Assembly (NCBI GenBank): GCA_002104905.1
Contig: MCFE01000345.1
Location: 1-64,000, forward strand
Length of the DNA stretch: 64,000 nucleotides
Source: Basidiobolus meristosporus CBS 931.73
Taxonomy: Eukaryota > Fungi > Basidiobolomycota
Reading direction: 5' to 3'
Positions 26,119 through 39,326 of the stretch are shown here, in pieces. Numbering within the stretch: position 1 is the stretch's first letter; every line of letters starts with the position of its first letter. Both the position numbers and the translations under genes were made by a program. The notes under the pieces are model-generated. The model had not been told where the DNA came from and searched no databases. It saw only the letters and a program-made list of their open reading frames with translations.

Positions 26119-29100
26119 TATTTTGAAGGGATATTGCAGTTACTCAACACCCCACGGATGAAATAAGAGCAGTTGGGGCTGCTAGGAAAGAGAAACAAAA
26201 ATAGGGGAGCGGAACTAAACGTGAGTCTGTTGAAGAATGAATAGAGGTGAATAAGGAGGTATTAGTCTTGTAAAATAAGTAGCAAGTTGTCTGTCGACGA
26301 ATTGCACCCACTGTGCTAACACTCTAGTTGATTCACTTCAGAGAAGGAAAATCCAGAGGCAAGATTTCCGTTGACGAAGTTTATGTGGGTTGAAAGAAAG
26401 AACAGTTAAGTAGCTGGCTGTGCAGCAAAGTAAGTTGGGCCGCATTTATCCAAGCGGTGTTATTTGTATAGCTGATATTTTTCTTGTTCCAGCTATGATC
26501 CCAGTTTAGAATGCAAAATCTGAGGAATCACCAAAACTGTTCATACGTTTGGAATGGAGGAGTTAAAATTTCACTGCTTCTAAATTAGGAGGCAGAATTA
26601 TTGTTTTTCCAGATTGATTGAATGGGATAATTAATGGGCGATGTCCTTCAAGGGAATTTAACTATAAATCACGATTAAACTTTCCTAATGTTTCATTGAC
26701 ATTTTGCGGTGGTCCAATCCAATGCCGCTGGTAACCATAGGCTCCATAGCCAAAAGCAGAAAGTATCATTTGTGACCTTATCCTTATTCATGCTATTACG
26801 ATCGTAGCTCATTGGCCTCCCCAAAATACAAGTGATTCTAGAGCAGTTGGGCCGGATTCGGAAGATTATGGGATCAAAAATAAACAATCGGATAATTAAT
26901 GATGTGTTGCAGTTGTTAGGAGGCAAGGCAGCAATCGGTGATTGCCAGTACTGAGGATTGTCCACGACCACAAAGGCCATTGGAGGCCAGCATTATCAAC
27001 GAAGCCCATCTCTATCTCAAGATAAACGTTCTCTGATGAACTTGAACTATGGTATGGTACGGCTACGCTCGTTGGTTTGTCGACATGATGCCGATTTCCA
27101 ATTAGTTTCAGTTGCACAATCTTCGGGATATGCCAAGATAATCTCAGCTCTTTGACATCAATTATTGAGTGGAGCCTCGATAAGAATGCCAGATGTCGAC
27201 TTGTTGCAACAAAGAGGATTGAAGCATACGCATATTTCCAGCTAACCCTGTATCAATCTTTATTGTGCAAAGGATAGGCGGTAGTGAACAGGCGACAATA
27301 TTAAATACCCTTGCTCATGATGACCACTGCCAATGCCAAATTAATTTCTGTATATTACAGGTCCCACCATAGTCTGGAATAGGTTGGAATTGCCTCAAAA
27401 TAATCTCACCTGGTAGCAGACTCCAAAACATTTAATCCTTTGGCTGTTTCTGGCATACCTGAGGGTAGGTGGTACGAATAGCCACCAGGCAACTTTTGGC
27501 ATATACTTCACCGTACTTGTTCAGTAATCCAAAATCCATGGATTTAGTCAGCCACACAGCTTGATGGCCTTGCCCGCAATAACCACAGGCATATCACGGT
27601 GGTAACACCCCCATTATGATATGCAAGGGGTATGACCATTCCACATAACGGTGATGTTGATCATTAGGATACAACGAATATATTCCCATCAGAGCCCATC
27701 AGTTGACCATTGTTTTCAGGTAGGTGTTCTGATGTAATGCCCTTGCACCACTCCGTCTTGTTTAAACAGCTGACTACCCCAGCCTCGACCTTTGTTCGTG
27801 GTCAACATTGAAAACATTGATGCAAAATGATAAGTCTCATCACCTCTCCTGCAAATACCCTGTGTCCCTAACCACCTCAACTTACGCAAATGCATCAATG
27901 GTAATTAATGTACAGATGCTTCCTAAATCCGTATTTGCTCGCAAGCTATTGGCTCTGAGGCAGCAGCATGTCTCATACTCTTTCGATGCTTGAGCTTGAG
28001 CCTGAGCCCAAGTATATTCGGCAATTCGTTAGTCAATACTTGACTTTCCCAGTATTTGCATCTCTTCCGCTGGTAGTTTGTTAATCTTTCCCTGTGGGTT
28101 TGTAGAACATAGGTTTAATGTAACTGTGGTACTTTGATGCAACCCAAGGCCATTCAATTATCTTCTTTTAAGACTAGAACCAATACATATCCACATGGTT
28201 CTTCTTAAATACGCTTCACAACGGACTAATCTTGCATAAATTGTTTACTTGGAATAGGTCGAAATCAGCATTTTCGGATCACAGCCTATACTTTTTCGGA
28301 ACGCTGATTGCCGGCTTTTAATAGCGACAGATGCGAATATATTGATCATTTGGCGGCAGGAATTGAGCACTCTGGACCAGATCAATACACCATGGATTAC
28401 TCACTCTTCGTTTCTTGAAGATTGCTGAACACATTCAATCCGAACGACCCCAAGCCGTCTTGGTGGTTTGTTGCATCGGCCGTGAGTAATGTAAAATATT
28501 AGCCAAGCTGGTTGTGCATCTGTAGCTTGATGGAAACCGGTGGTATTGTTTAGCAGGATCCGTATTCTACCAATTGAGGCAAGGCAATTCGCATTGACTC
28601 TTAGGGCCCAAAGCCATGAGAGGATCGTTCAGACTTTGTAACCTAGATTGAACGGAAGATTGTTACATATTATATCAAATACACCAAGTCAATGTCGTAT
28701 GTGATCAGTATCCCAGTTGTGAGCCAACACGATTAAACATATGCACCACCTATTTTTCAGGTAGTTTCGGATTAGTTGATACAGAAAAAGTATAAAGTGC
28801 TGAGACGCATTTGTCTAACAATCCAAGACTATTTCTCTGAATATTCAACATACATGAGAGTCCGCATGACCCAGATACCCAAGGTGTTTGGATTGTATCC
28901 ATTTCTTAATGAGGGATTCATCCTCATGCTGTGGGATTTTCGCTGAGCAGCCGCAAAGCCCGAGAAAAATATGGGGAAGAGGGTATGCCAATCAAATTCC
29001 TTGATGACAATGAATTTATGATGCATTTCATACATACGCTGTATTGTTGGCCTATTAGATGCTAATCAGCGTTACAACGAAGTATCCTTGTTGTGCTGCA

Positions 29101-30320
29101 TTTGGGTTTGTTCAACGCAAATCAGGCCCACACCCGCACACCCGACACGAAAGCATCTCGTGTATCATAAATGCCACTTTACTCCTTGTTTCGAATACCG
29201 GAAATAACGGTGATGATGTTTCATACTTCTTGTTCATCGAATACTCAAAATGGCTCTGTCAGAATAAAATATTTGATTTGGTAAACAGTCTGATGCCTTG
29301 TGTGAAGGCCATTGTCAGGAGACCAACCGAAAGACCACGCGGGCAGACTCAAGATGAAACTCATAGCTCCATGGGTGACGTCATATGTCAGATATATCCA
29401 AAAGTCTAATATACAAAGGAGCCAAGATTTTGGTATCTCATTGTAGCATCTCAAGTCGATCAACAGATGAGGAAGCTTTGCTACTGATATTGCGGCAATC
29501 TCAATAAGGCCTAACGGGGTTTCCGGAAGTGGAAAGTAAACAAAGAATACTCTATACAACCTTTCTGCAGTAGGTTTTGTTGTGAGCTGACTATTGTGAG
29601 ACATCTGCTACAAAAATTCGGTGATCCAGTGACCCATCTCCTAGGTAACAATGGGAAATCCTGGAGTTGGCTGCTGGAGGTAAAATGTCGAGTGCCCCTT
29701 GAATAGTAATAGCTGTCTCTCTCAATCGAGTGCATGGCCTTTAATTACAATGTGCATCTCATCACTAGGTGATGCATGCGTGAATGCATTAATATGGTAG
29801 TTGTATTACCTGGATTTCCAATTCTTGCTTTTAGAGTGGCTTGATATGTTGTCCTTTTATTCCTTTTGAGTATAGACAGGTGCGATAAGCCGAGTCAGTG
29901 CTAATGGAGAGATCCAGTATGAAAGAGTCTTGACCATTTTGGCTCCTACTTTATAGTGTTGTGTGACATTCACTACGAGCGTCGGGGAATTCATGGTATC
30001 TTACGCCTTAAATGTTACACACTCCCAAGGTTACAGCTTGTATATGGGATACATTTAAGTGGGCATAGGAGAGTACGACGGGTAGATTATATGACCATGT
30101 AATCTGTAGCCTCACGCCATTGATATTGAATATGCCCTAGTCAGTTCTTCTCTATTTGGGAGCACTTCCAAGAGGTTGCTTTATTGTGAAATACATTGCA
30201 TGCCAAAATCTTTGATGACCTATTTGGTAAATCCCAATTGAATTCTTCGTTCCGAAAATAGTTTGAGCATAGGTATAGTTCTTTAGGACCCATAGATCAG
30301 ACCAAACGCTCTGCTGGATA

Positions 30321-32126
30321 TTACATGATTTTTTGTGCTAATAGCAGCCCACCTACTAGCAGAGAGGTTCCTAGAAAGTCCCCTATTGAGGTGCTATCTA
30401 GAATCAGTAAGCTGGAAAACAGCAATATTAAACAGCATTCAGCTTACATCATGGGCATAACGTAATTATCAGGATTCCGCTCACGCAGCCATAGCACCCA
30501 AGTGATCCAACGGGCAAATACTAAAATGATCGCCACCTGGAAAAAGTATTTGGGGTAAGTTTTGAATCTTCGTGGGTAAACAATGAGATGGACATTCTTA
30601 CCAGCACACATGAGGCTACTGTGTAAATACCAAAGACCCAGAGAGAAATGACCTCATGATCAAAGCCAGTAGACTTAAGGAAAACCAGGAATAGCCACTG
30701 CAGCATCAGATTAACCGTGAACAAAGAACTGAAGATTTGCCCATGCGGCTCCCTCATGGCGGCATGGAGTGCAGTAGAGTATCTTGAAGCACATATCGTC
30801 CCAATATTTCCGGATATACCTATCAATAGCTTGTCTAATAAAGATGTATACAGCAGCATCAAGTTGGATGTTTACCGTTCAAGACTGGGCCCAAAATTGC
30901 GAGTCCATTCAAGTGAGCTACAAAATATTCAAGGATTACACCTGCAAAGCTAGTCAAATAAAACCGTCAGGGTATTGAAACCTCGAAGATTTCCTTGATC
31001 AAGTCTGTTACCTTGCAATGAACATTGCCAGGAGTATCGAGGACCACCCCTCATACAATAGATGGCAAACAAAAGGGTTTCGGTACACCACGAATATCCA
31101 TAGTGGTAGAGATATCAATGCAGCCAGTAGAACCACGATGCAGGCAGGAGAATCTAGAAATCTCGGTTATGATTTTGTCACCGTAAAATGGCGGAAGGAA
31201 GGCCTTACATAGGTTGCGTATAAATAGTTGGCTAAAACCAACCAATAATGCCAAAGTTATCACGTCTCCCAAACCCGCCGCTAACGGGGTAGCAATATTA
31301 TCAGGATTGATATGAAGCTTTCTGCTCAGCAAAATAATCACGCACATCAGGATTCCCAGGATGAGGGAGCTGAGAGAAGCACAGACAACACTGCTCGCAA
31401 GGACCAGTATCAACTCGAAGAAATCGTTTGCCGATGTTTCTACAATGAATCCGAGCAATATCGAGACAGCCCCAGCCACGAACCCAATACTAATAGCTTG
31501 CATTTGAAGCACCGCCAAATTCCCCAATAAGATATCCCGCCTATTCCTCGGAACATCCAAGTCACCTAGATTGGCCTAGATGGGGGATTAGAATGCGCTC
31601 AATGGATGGCGTGCGTAGTTGCATACTGAAGTGGATAGTCGCGTTGCCAAATTCATCTCCAAATTCCCCTTTAGATTTAGCAGTATTGGAACCAGAATAA
31701 ACAATTTACTGATCCTCATGAAGGATTCCTGTGACTTCGCAAGCGGTATAAGGGCTTGGGTAAGCTTGATGGAAATCTAGGATCACTACTTACCTTGGCC
31801 ATGTCAAGTAGCCATCCTGCGCACATACAACCAATCATCCCTAACAACAAGGAAGGAAAAATCTATTCAATTTTAATATCACAAAGGCAGTAATTCAAGC
31901 TTCAATGATGGTGTGTAACCTGTACTATCAGCCCCATATTCATCGGACCTGAGGGCTCCGGCTTATCAGGCATAAAGTTAGGCGAGGTGGGCATTAAATA
32001 AGCATCGAAGTCGGCTTTAATGATTGAATCCCTGAGAGCGAGGTTCTTCGGCCTATTAGGATTATCTTGGGAAGTGAACTCTGGATCTTTCGAACCCAAT
32101 GAATCTTGGGCTTGTTGTGACTCCAT
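30321..32126 (-). CDS. SLC41/MgtE-like divalent cation (Mg2+) transporter; multi-exon
   Basis: ILVPILLNLKGNLEMNLATRLSTS, INPDNIATPLAAGLGDVITL, GISGNIGTICASRYSTALH, NPDNYVMPM/ITSIGDFLGTSLL; stop at 30321; start may lie further upstream. Confidence 0.9.
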
Positions 32127-32687
32127 GATATCTTTCAGTGGAGTGCTCTTTGAAGGTGGGTAGCGAGAAAATCAAGATAAGTTCTGTCATGACACTGTAT
32201 GCCTCTTTTTGTGTACTCAGTGGCTCCAGGGGCGCTTGGCTTAGCTACTTGAAATAGCGATCCCATGGATGTTTTATAAGCCAAACTGGTGCTAAGCCGA
32301 TACAAGAGTGCCATTCAATCGAAGTTTGATCTATATTTCAAACAAGACAAGTACTCTATACATACATACGTTCCTGGTATCAACACATAGACGTTGGTTC
32401 TAGCCATATGTGAGATACCACATGATACATAGGTTGCTCTTCAAGGCCCAAGTCGGAATATACCATTTCGTTCGCAACCTACAATCATACAAATAGTGTC
32501 AAGATGCTGACTAACGTTAGACTTCATATTTTATTATGGAATCCACATGTACGGTGGAAAGTTGTTAATGAAACAAATGTCAATGCACTCCTTCGCATGT
32601 GTCCTATCATACAGCTTTATGAATCCTATCTCCGAAACAAAACTGGACTAGTAATTATCACATCTTTATTCCGGTTAAAGAGATCTC

Positions 32688-33335
32688 TTAAGCGGAAACT
32701 CTGTTGAAGTAGTTCTCGAGGGGACCGTGCTCGGTGATGTACTTAACATAGCAGCCGTCAGGTTGGAGACGGCCAGCTTGGCGCTCGACGATGTATTCTT
32801 CGCGAGTGAGCTTGGTGAAGCCCCACTTCTTGGAGAGAATGATCTTTTGTTGGCCAGGGAACTTGTACTTGGCACGACGAAGGGCCTCAATGACAACAGC
32901 CTTGTTGGAGTCCTTGGTACGGATGGAGAAGATGATTTGACCGATGTTGACACGAGCAACGGTACCTTGGGGCTTACCGAAAGCACCACGCATACCAGTT
33001 TGGAGTCTATCGGCACCAGCGCAAGACAACATCTTGTTGATACGGACGACGTGATAGGGGTGAACACGAACACGCAAGTGGAAGGAATCCTTACCAGCCA
33101 TCTTGGTGATATACTTGTTGCAACTAATACGAGCAGCTTCCAAAGCTTCGCTAGAAAGTTGTTCGTATTCGTTGGAAATCAAATGAACGCAGAGAGGGAA
33201 CTCATCGACGCTAGCCTTCTTACGACCCAAATCGAAGATTCTGATCTTGGGGTCGGGGACACCACGACAGAAACGGGACTTGGGATAGGGCTTGTTTTTG
33301 CAATAACGATAACAACGAGCTGGACGACGACCCAT
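32688..33335 (-). CDS. RPL10: 60S ribosomal protein L10 (uL16); intronless
   Basis: [37 protein letters not shown]...[24 protein letters not shown]; TATA-like TATATAAA at ~33405. Confidence 0.98.
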   Translation of the reverse strand: MGRRPARCYRYCKNKPYPKSRFCRGVPDPKIRIFDLGRKKASVDEFPLCVHLISNEYEQLSSEALEAARISCNKYITKMAGKDSFHLRVRVHPYHVVRINKMLSCAGADRLQTGMRGAFGKPQGTVARVNIGQIIFSIRTKDSNKAVVIEALRRAKYKFPGQQKIILSKKWGFTKLTREEYIVERQAGRLQPDGCYVKYITEHGPLENYFNRVSA

Positions 33336-34163
33336 TTTTTTGAACTTCCTTTGGGAATGAGAAAATGTTGCGATTAGAAATTTGATTCGGATGGATGCCC
33401 GGTTTATATAAAAGATTCTCTCGCTGCGAGACTAACCTTAAAATCGATGGATAAAGGAGAAAGATCCATGCCACCGCAGCTTGCCATTTTGATGGGGAAT
33501 CGAAATCATGTGACCGACTCGGCTTCCATATTGCCAATGGAAGGTTGGATTCATAATGCGATTAGTGAAGCTTACTAATCCATCTATTAATGTAAATTAT
33601 ATCGATTAAGCAGAGTGCCTAGGGGGTGACGTATGGTCGTGTGCAATCTAATAGGAAAAATATTGCGCAATTTGAAGAATAATTATCAAAGTCTGATCGC
33701 ATGATCATAAAATGGCCCATTTAGATATCCGAAGGATTCCTCATAAAGCCGACCGTTTCGGCCTCATCCGGATCGCTCGGCAGCCGAGGGATTTTACGAG
33801 GTTTCCGTGCTGGGCTGGTCGGAAATTCCGAAATACATGTGAAGTTATAAGACAACCTAAATGTTACACATCTGCCAAGTCGACACGTGATATCCAATGC
33901 TATGCGTAGGGAAAATTACTGGTTTCGCCAGAAAGGTATTTATGGGTCGGGGTGTGAACACTCCTAGCCAAAGAAATTCAAGTGACCAGCAATAAATAAA
34001 TAAATGATCTTCTAAGAAAGGGGTAGGAGGTAGGGAAATCGTACTGTCAGTGGAATGCGATTGGGCTGCAGGTTGGTGCTATATTTTGCTACAGTTCGTA
34101 TAAAGGAGAGAGGGCGGTAGGAAGCAACCAGATATCTCTTGATTTTGTCGATTCTCTGTCTTG

Positions 34164-35136
34164 ATGTGGAGCCCCGAACAGCCATTCCTCATCCCTTTAG
34201 AGCCATATTTGAACAAGGCATATCAATATGTGGTTGGCGAATCATATACATCGTTCAAGTTTGTAGAAGGAGTGACTCCACTTTCAACGGTTCCAGAGGT
34301 CGCCGGCACGTGTATTCTTTACCTGGTGGTCATCTTCGGTGGACAGTATCTTATGAAAAATAGAAAGCCCTTCCAGTTGGAGTTCCTCTTCAAGCTGCAC
34401 AATTTGTTCCTGACTACCCTATCTGCTGCACTGCTGCTACTCATTGCCGAGAACATCATTCCGATTGTTTGGAATGAGGGCGTGTATGGTTCCGTTTGTA
34501 ACCAGAGCTCCTGGACGCAACGCTTGGAATTGCTATATTATCTTAATTACTTGACAAAATACTATGAACTCATTGACACCATATTCTTGGTGCTGAAGAA
34601 GAAGAATCTAGGTATTTCGGGCTTGGATTGCACTCTACTGTGCCTCTACTAACCGATTTGAACATTCCAGAATTCCTGCATTACTACCACCATAGTTTGA
34701 CCATGGTGCTTTGTTACACACAGCTCGTAGGTAGCACTGCAGTGGTAAGGGTTTTGATCAAATTCTCCCCATTGAAAGGATATCCACTAACATCGCGCAA
34801 CAGTCTTGGGTACCAATCACTTTGAATCTCTGCGTTCATGTGTTCATGTATTATTATTATTTCCGTGCTACAGCTGGTGTTCGTATCTGGTGGAAGAAGT
34901 ATCTGACTACCATGCAGATTACCCAGTTCATTCTCGATCTTGGCTTCGTGTACTTCTGCACCTACAACTACTTCGCTTTTAATTTCTTCCCCGTCGTTCC
35001 TCATGTCGGGGACTGTTCCGGAACAGTTGGTGCTGCCCTCTTTGGCTGCGCGCTACTCTCGTCTTATTTGGTCTTGTTCATCAACTTCTTTAGAAAGACT
35101 TACAAGAAGCCGAAGTCCAAGTCTAAGCAGAACTGA
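34164..35136 (+). CDS. Fatty acid elongase (GNS1/SUR4/ELO family, Elo2/Fen1-like); 3 exons
   Basis: YYLNYLTKYYELIDTIFLVLKKK, FLHYYHH, NLCVHVFMYYYY, TTMQITQF, lysine-rich C-terminus; introns 34612-34670 and 34745-34803. Confidence 0.95.
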
Positions 35137-36384
35137 GGCGGACCACGTGAAATTCCGAATTTCCCTGATTTCTAAATTATTCCAGTTCGTTTTATTGCTG
35201 TAGAATTTAGTTGAACCTTATCTTCGGTTGTACTATAAGTTGCATACTCTAATGGGTATTATTGGGCCAAATAAAGTAGTACTGACCAGTCCTGGAGCGG
35301 TACTCTACTCTCTGTCTACAACAGTTTGCATCTACTCTATGCTGACATTCTCCCGCTATTGATTCATATTTATGCAAGACTGCCTAATAACAATAGTGAC
35401 TATCGATCTGAATGAAGATCTTCAAAACCTTACCTTCCTCGCAACAGCTCATCCAATTGGGGAGGGGTTCTCCCAATTGAATACTGATCAATATCAATTG
35501 GTTTTGAATCTGAAAATTGCTTATACACTGGTTTGGCAAAGTACTCCTGATAGTATGTAGATTACATAGTTGCCAAATGGGTAGCGCTGTCAATACATTC
35601 TATACCTACAACAATGGTAAATATAGGCCTTGCTTCATATTCCCTAGGAAAAAAAATGAGACAAGGCCAGCTGCATACTGTCATAATATCATCTGAATTC
35701 CAAGTTTCTCATAACCAACAACTCTCAATATCTCAGGTGCTAGCTGTTGGGCAGACAAGCAGACATATTTTCCAGCAGAAGACTAGGCTATTTGGTGCTC
35801 ATACCAAATTTGGTAATCAGCTGCTTGCTACTTCCACCAAAATTTGTTGCTGAAAATTTGGAGGAAAAGCATCAGATGAATACCAGCAGAATATTTGAGT
35901 TTTTTCATATGGATTACTCTTGAATACACCAGAAGCATTATTGAGTAAAATCTGACTCTTTGGTTACCACCACACTGTAACTCAAGGTATCCTATGTAAA
36001 TCTTAAGCTTTGAACTTATCTGATATTCTGCCAAAATTCTAATGTTCTTTTGCTAGTATACTAGTAGTATTTGCAGGTACTATAACAGTATCTTGCTGTC
36101 ATTCAGCTGGTGTTTTCCCTTCTAAACTGTTAGTTGAAATTCTTTAGAATTGACTGCCCCATAAAGCATTTTTTAATGATCTACTAAGTGATATAAATTA
36201 AGATTAACTTACTGACCTAGACCATAGCTAATGAATTGTTTTGCATCTAGTCCAGTTTTGTAGTTAAACTTTTGCTGAAGTATTTTAATTAGAAATCAGG
36301 TGCCCAGAATACCATAACTTAAATAGTTAGGCAAAGATCCCCAAAGGTTACAATTATTCTGTTGAGAGCTTTTCAGGCACATAT

Positions 36385-36715
36385 TGTTGTAGGAGACTTG
36401 GAGATATTGGAAGTGATTGGGAGAACATATTGATTATGAGGTATTCACTTAATGATTTAATGAATGTGAAAGTAGTATTTATACTTTTACATAGTCTTGG
36501 CATAGTACGCACTTAGAATAGGTTTAGAAAGGTCTCAAGAGCATGTGTGCAGAGTTTGGGGCTGTTTGAACAACTTTGAGAATTTTTATTTTCTGGGTAA
36601 TATTCCACGTAAATCCCAACAAGGAATTTGGTTAGTATTCTCTAGGATTTGAAGGTAATGATCTAAGTGACCAAGTTAGGTGAATATTTAGGTGGAATTG
36701 CAAATCTTTACAACA
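36385..36715 (-). mobile_element. Solo Copia LTR (family A) with 5-bp TSD
   Basis: TGTTG...CAACA termini, flanked on both sides by CATAT; collinear with the 349-bp LTR apart from a ~20-bp internal deletion. Confidence 0.9.
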
Positions 36716-37038
36716 CATATGACATATCAGTCTTGTCTATACCCTACCGGAGTAGAAATGCTGCCTCCACCATGTTTGTGTGAACTCAACATCAAAAGCC
36801 TTCTGAGAAACAACAATAATGCTTGCATCAAATAACCATGATAAAGTTGAATTCCTGCAATTGCAAGGTGCAATCACTGTCAGGACACCATTTAGCATGA
36901 CAGTATCCAAGTCATATATTAACAGTTGCATTACAGATGCCAATTTGCACTATGTGTGTAGTAAGTCACATCCAAGAATAACATTAGCAAGTATCAGTAA
37001 CAATATTCAAAGATCTGCTTGCAGACATTGATGGAAGC

Positions 37039-37385
37039 TGTTGTAAGAGTTATGAAACTATAAGAAGTGACCAGGAGAACATATAGATTATGTGGCATTC
37101 ACTCAATGACTTGTTGAACATAAAAGTTGTATTTATACTTTGATATGGCCTTAGCAGAGAAACCAGTAAAATACATAAAGAAAGGTTCCAAGAGCACATT
37201 TGCAAAGTGCAGGGTAGTTTGGATAACTTTGAGAAATTTCATGCTCTGAGTTCAGAGTGTTTTGGTGTGAATATTCTAAGTGAGTCCTAGCAAGGAATTC
37301 CATCAGAATTCTTGAAGATTTGTTAGTAATAACTTAGGTGTCTCAGTTGGATGAGTATTTAGGTGTAATTGCAAATCTTACAGCA
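37039..37385 (-). mobile_element. Older, diverged solo Copia LTR (family A)
   Basis: TGTTG...CAGCA termini, degenerate TSD GAAGC/GAAAC, collinear similarity to the family-A LTR. Confidence 0.8.
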
Positions 37386-37453
37386 GAAACATGCCACCTC
37401 TCAACTAGTACATCATATAAATGACCATTAAATAGATACACTGGGCTTGCTTA

Positions 37454-38278
37454 CCCTATGAAAATAATTTGGTCCTGTAGGTAGATCCAATCCAGATCAG
37501 CCTTTAGGATCCCTCAATGTGGCCATTATAATGCCAGAAGCTTGGGATTATTGACCCTCTACACAATCTCATGATGGGATTGTAATGGCACTTTGCTGAA
37601 TTTACGGCCAATTAAAGTTAAAAACTTGATGGTGCTTGAGCAGTCATTTGACAAGAATTACATGGCATTCTGATGGACTTAATGTGCTCTACATTTATGT
37701 GAGCAGACCTAACCAGCCAATATATCCAATTGCCTTATATGGCAAAAACCTGATGGTGTTCTGATGGCTTCATTGCAGACCTCTGCTGGCATTACAATTG
37801 CAGTATATTGGCCTACAGCAAGTACCTTATAATGCTACTGTATCAATTTACTATAAGGTATATCCTTTTTCTACCTCCCCTTATGTCATTCATATATTCT
37901 ATTATAGAATCATCCCTTTGAATTGCTTACCCACTACTACCTTGGGTATTCTACCCATAGTTTGATACAAAAAACTATGACCTCCTGCTTACCAACCTCT
38001 ATATATGTGCACACACACTTCAATTGACATACTTTTGTCAACTCAACTTTATGGCTTTTCAGTGTGATACTTGCAAAGTTGCCATATACATTGTATTACT
38101 GGTAATACATACATCTTGCAAACACATGCTTGGTTGCCGCCACTTTTGTCACAAATAACTCCTGTTTATCCACAAAGTGCTTTTTGGCACTGAGCCAATA
38201 AATTCCTTCTCCTTGCTGGATTCTGGTCCCCCTCATTTGTGTGCTCAAGTCTTATTTATGTGAGTTCTGTATTGAATG
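37454..38278 (-). mobile_element. 3'-terminal fragment of the CACTA/CMC-like DNA transposon (copy 1)
   Basis: Begins CCCTATGAAAATAATTTGGTCC; homologous to 38279-38775, to 44095-44250 and to the reverse complement of ~58140-58941. Confidence 0.7.
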
Positions 38279-38939
38279 CCCTATGAAAAATAATTTGGTC
38301 CCACAGGTGGATCCAATCCAGATCAGTCATCAGGATCCTGCAACAAGGACATCATAATGCTGGCAACTTGGAATTAATGTCCCTCTACACAGTATTATGA
38401 TGGGATTATAATGGCATTTTGCAGATTTTACTACCAATTAAACTTAAAAGCTTGACAGTGTTTAAGCAGTCTTTTGACAAGAGTTGCATGGCATTGTAAT
38501 GTTCTGGATGTGCTCTACATCTATACAAGCAGATCCAACCAGCCAACATATGTAATTGCCTTATGAGGCAAGAAACTTGATGGTGTGCTAATGGACTAAT
38601 TACAAGCCTCCAATGGCATTGCAACAGCAGTATGGCAGTTCTGTATAATGCTACCATACTAGTTTACCAAATGGTATTCCCATCTTCTACCTCCCCTTGT
38701 GCCATTCATATTGCAACCATGGAATCATCCCTCATTAATTGCTTACCCACAACTACCTTAGGTATTCCACATAGTACTTCTACTCAACTAAATGTTCATA
38801 CTGGCTGGTCCTAATTTTGACCTAAGATACTCAAAACTGTCTCTAGCTAATGGATTGGTAAATATGTCAGCAATCATTTCATCTGTAAGACAGTAAACCG
38901 GCTAGCCAAGTTGTTTTCTATGGCTTCACATATGAAATA

Positions 38940-39248
38940 TGTTGTAAAAATTTGTAATTCCACCTATGTATTCACCTAACTTAGTCACTTAGTTCCTTTC
39001 CTTCAAATCCTAGAAAATATTGACCAAATTCTTTGTTGGGACTTGCTTGGAATATTTTCACCAAACACCAGGCACCCAGAACATGATAATTCTCAGAGTT
39101 GTCCAAACAGCCCCAAACTTTGCACACATTTTATTAGGACCTTCCTTAACCTATTCTATATGTTTGTTATACCAAGACCATGTAAAATTATGAATACTAC
39201 TTTTACATTCAATATATCATCAAGCAAAAGCCACAAACTTTTACAACA
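38940..39248 (+). mobile_element. Solo Copia LTR (family A) with internal 3' deletion and no TSD
   Basis: TGTTGTAAAAATTTGTAATTCCACC...TTTTACAACA; flanks AAATA/ATTTT do not match. Confidence 0.8.
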
Positions 39249-39326
39249 ATTTTAGTCTGATACTTGCAAAGTTGTCATATACCTTGTATTGCTGGTAGCA
39301 TATACATCCTGCAAACATATGCTTGG

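Noticed and set aside
32727-33377. 216-aa antisense ORF spanning RPL10
   Set aside because: It is the shadow of a highly biased ribosomal-protein codon usage, which avoids antisense stops, and shows no recognisable motifs.
33505-33515. TGTGACCG upstream of RPL10, resembling a Homol-D box
   Set aside because: One mismatch in an 8-mer, which is expected by chance.
35580-37030. CpG-poor sequence hosting two solo LTRs; possible hAT remnant (SHILTVALQ)
   Set aside because: Probably TE-derived, but I cannot assign a family from one degenerate motif.
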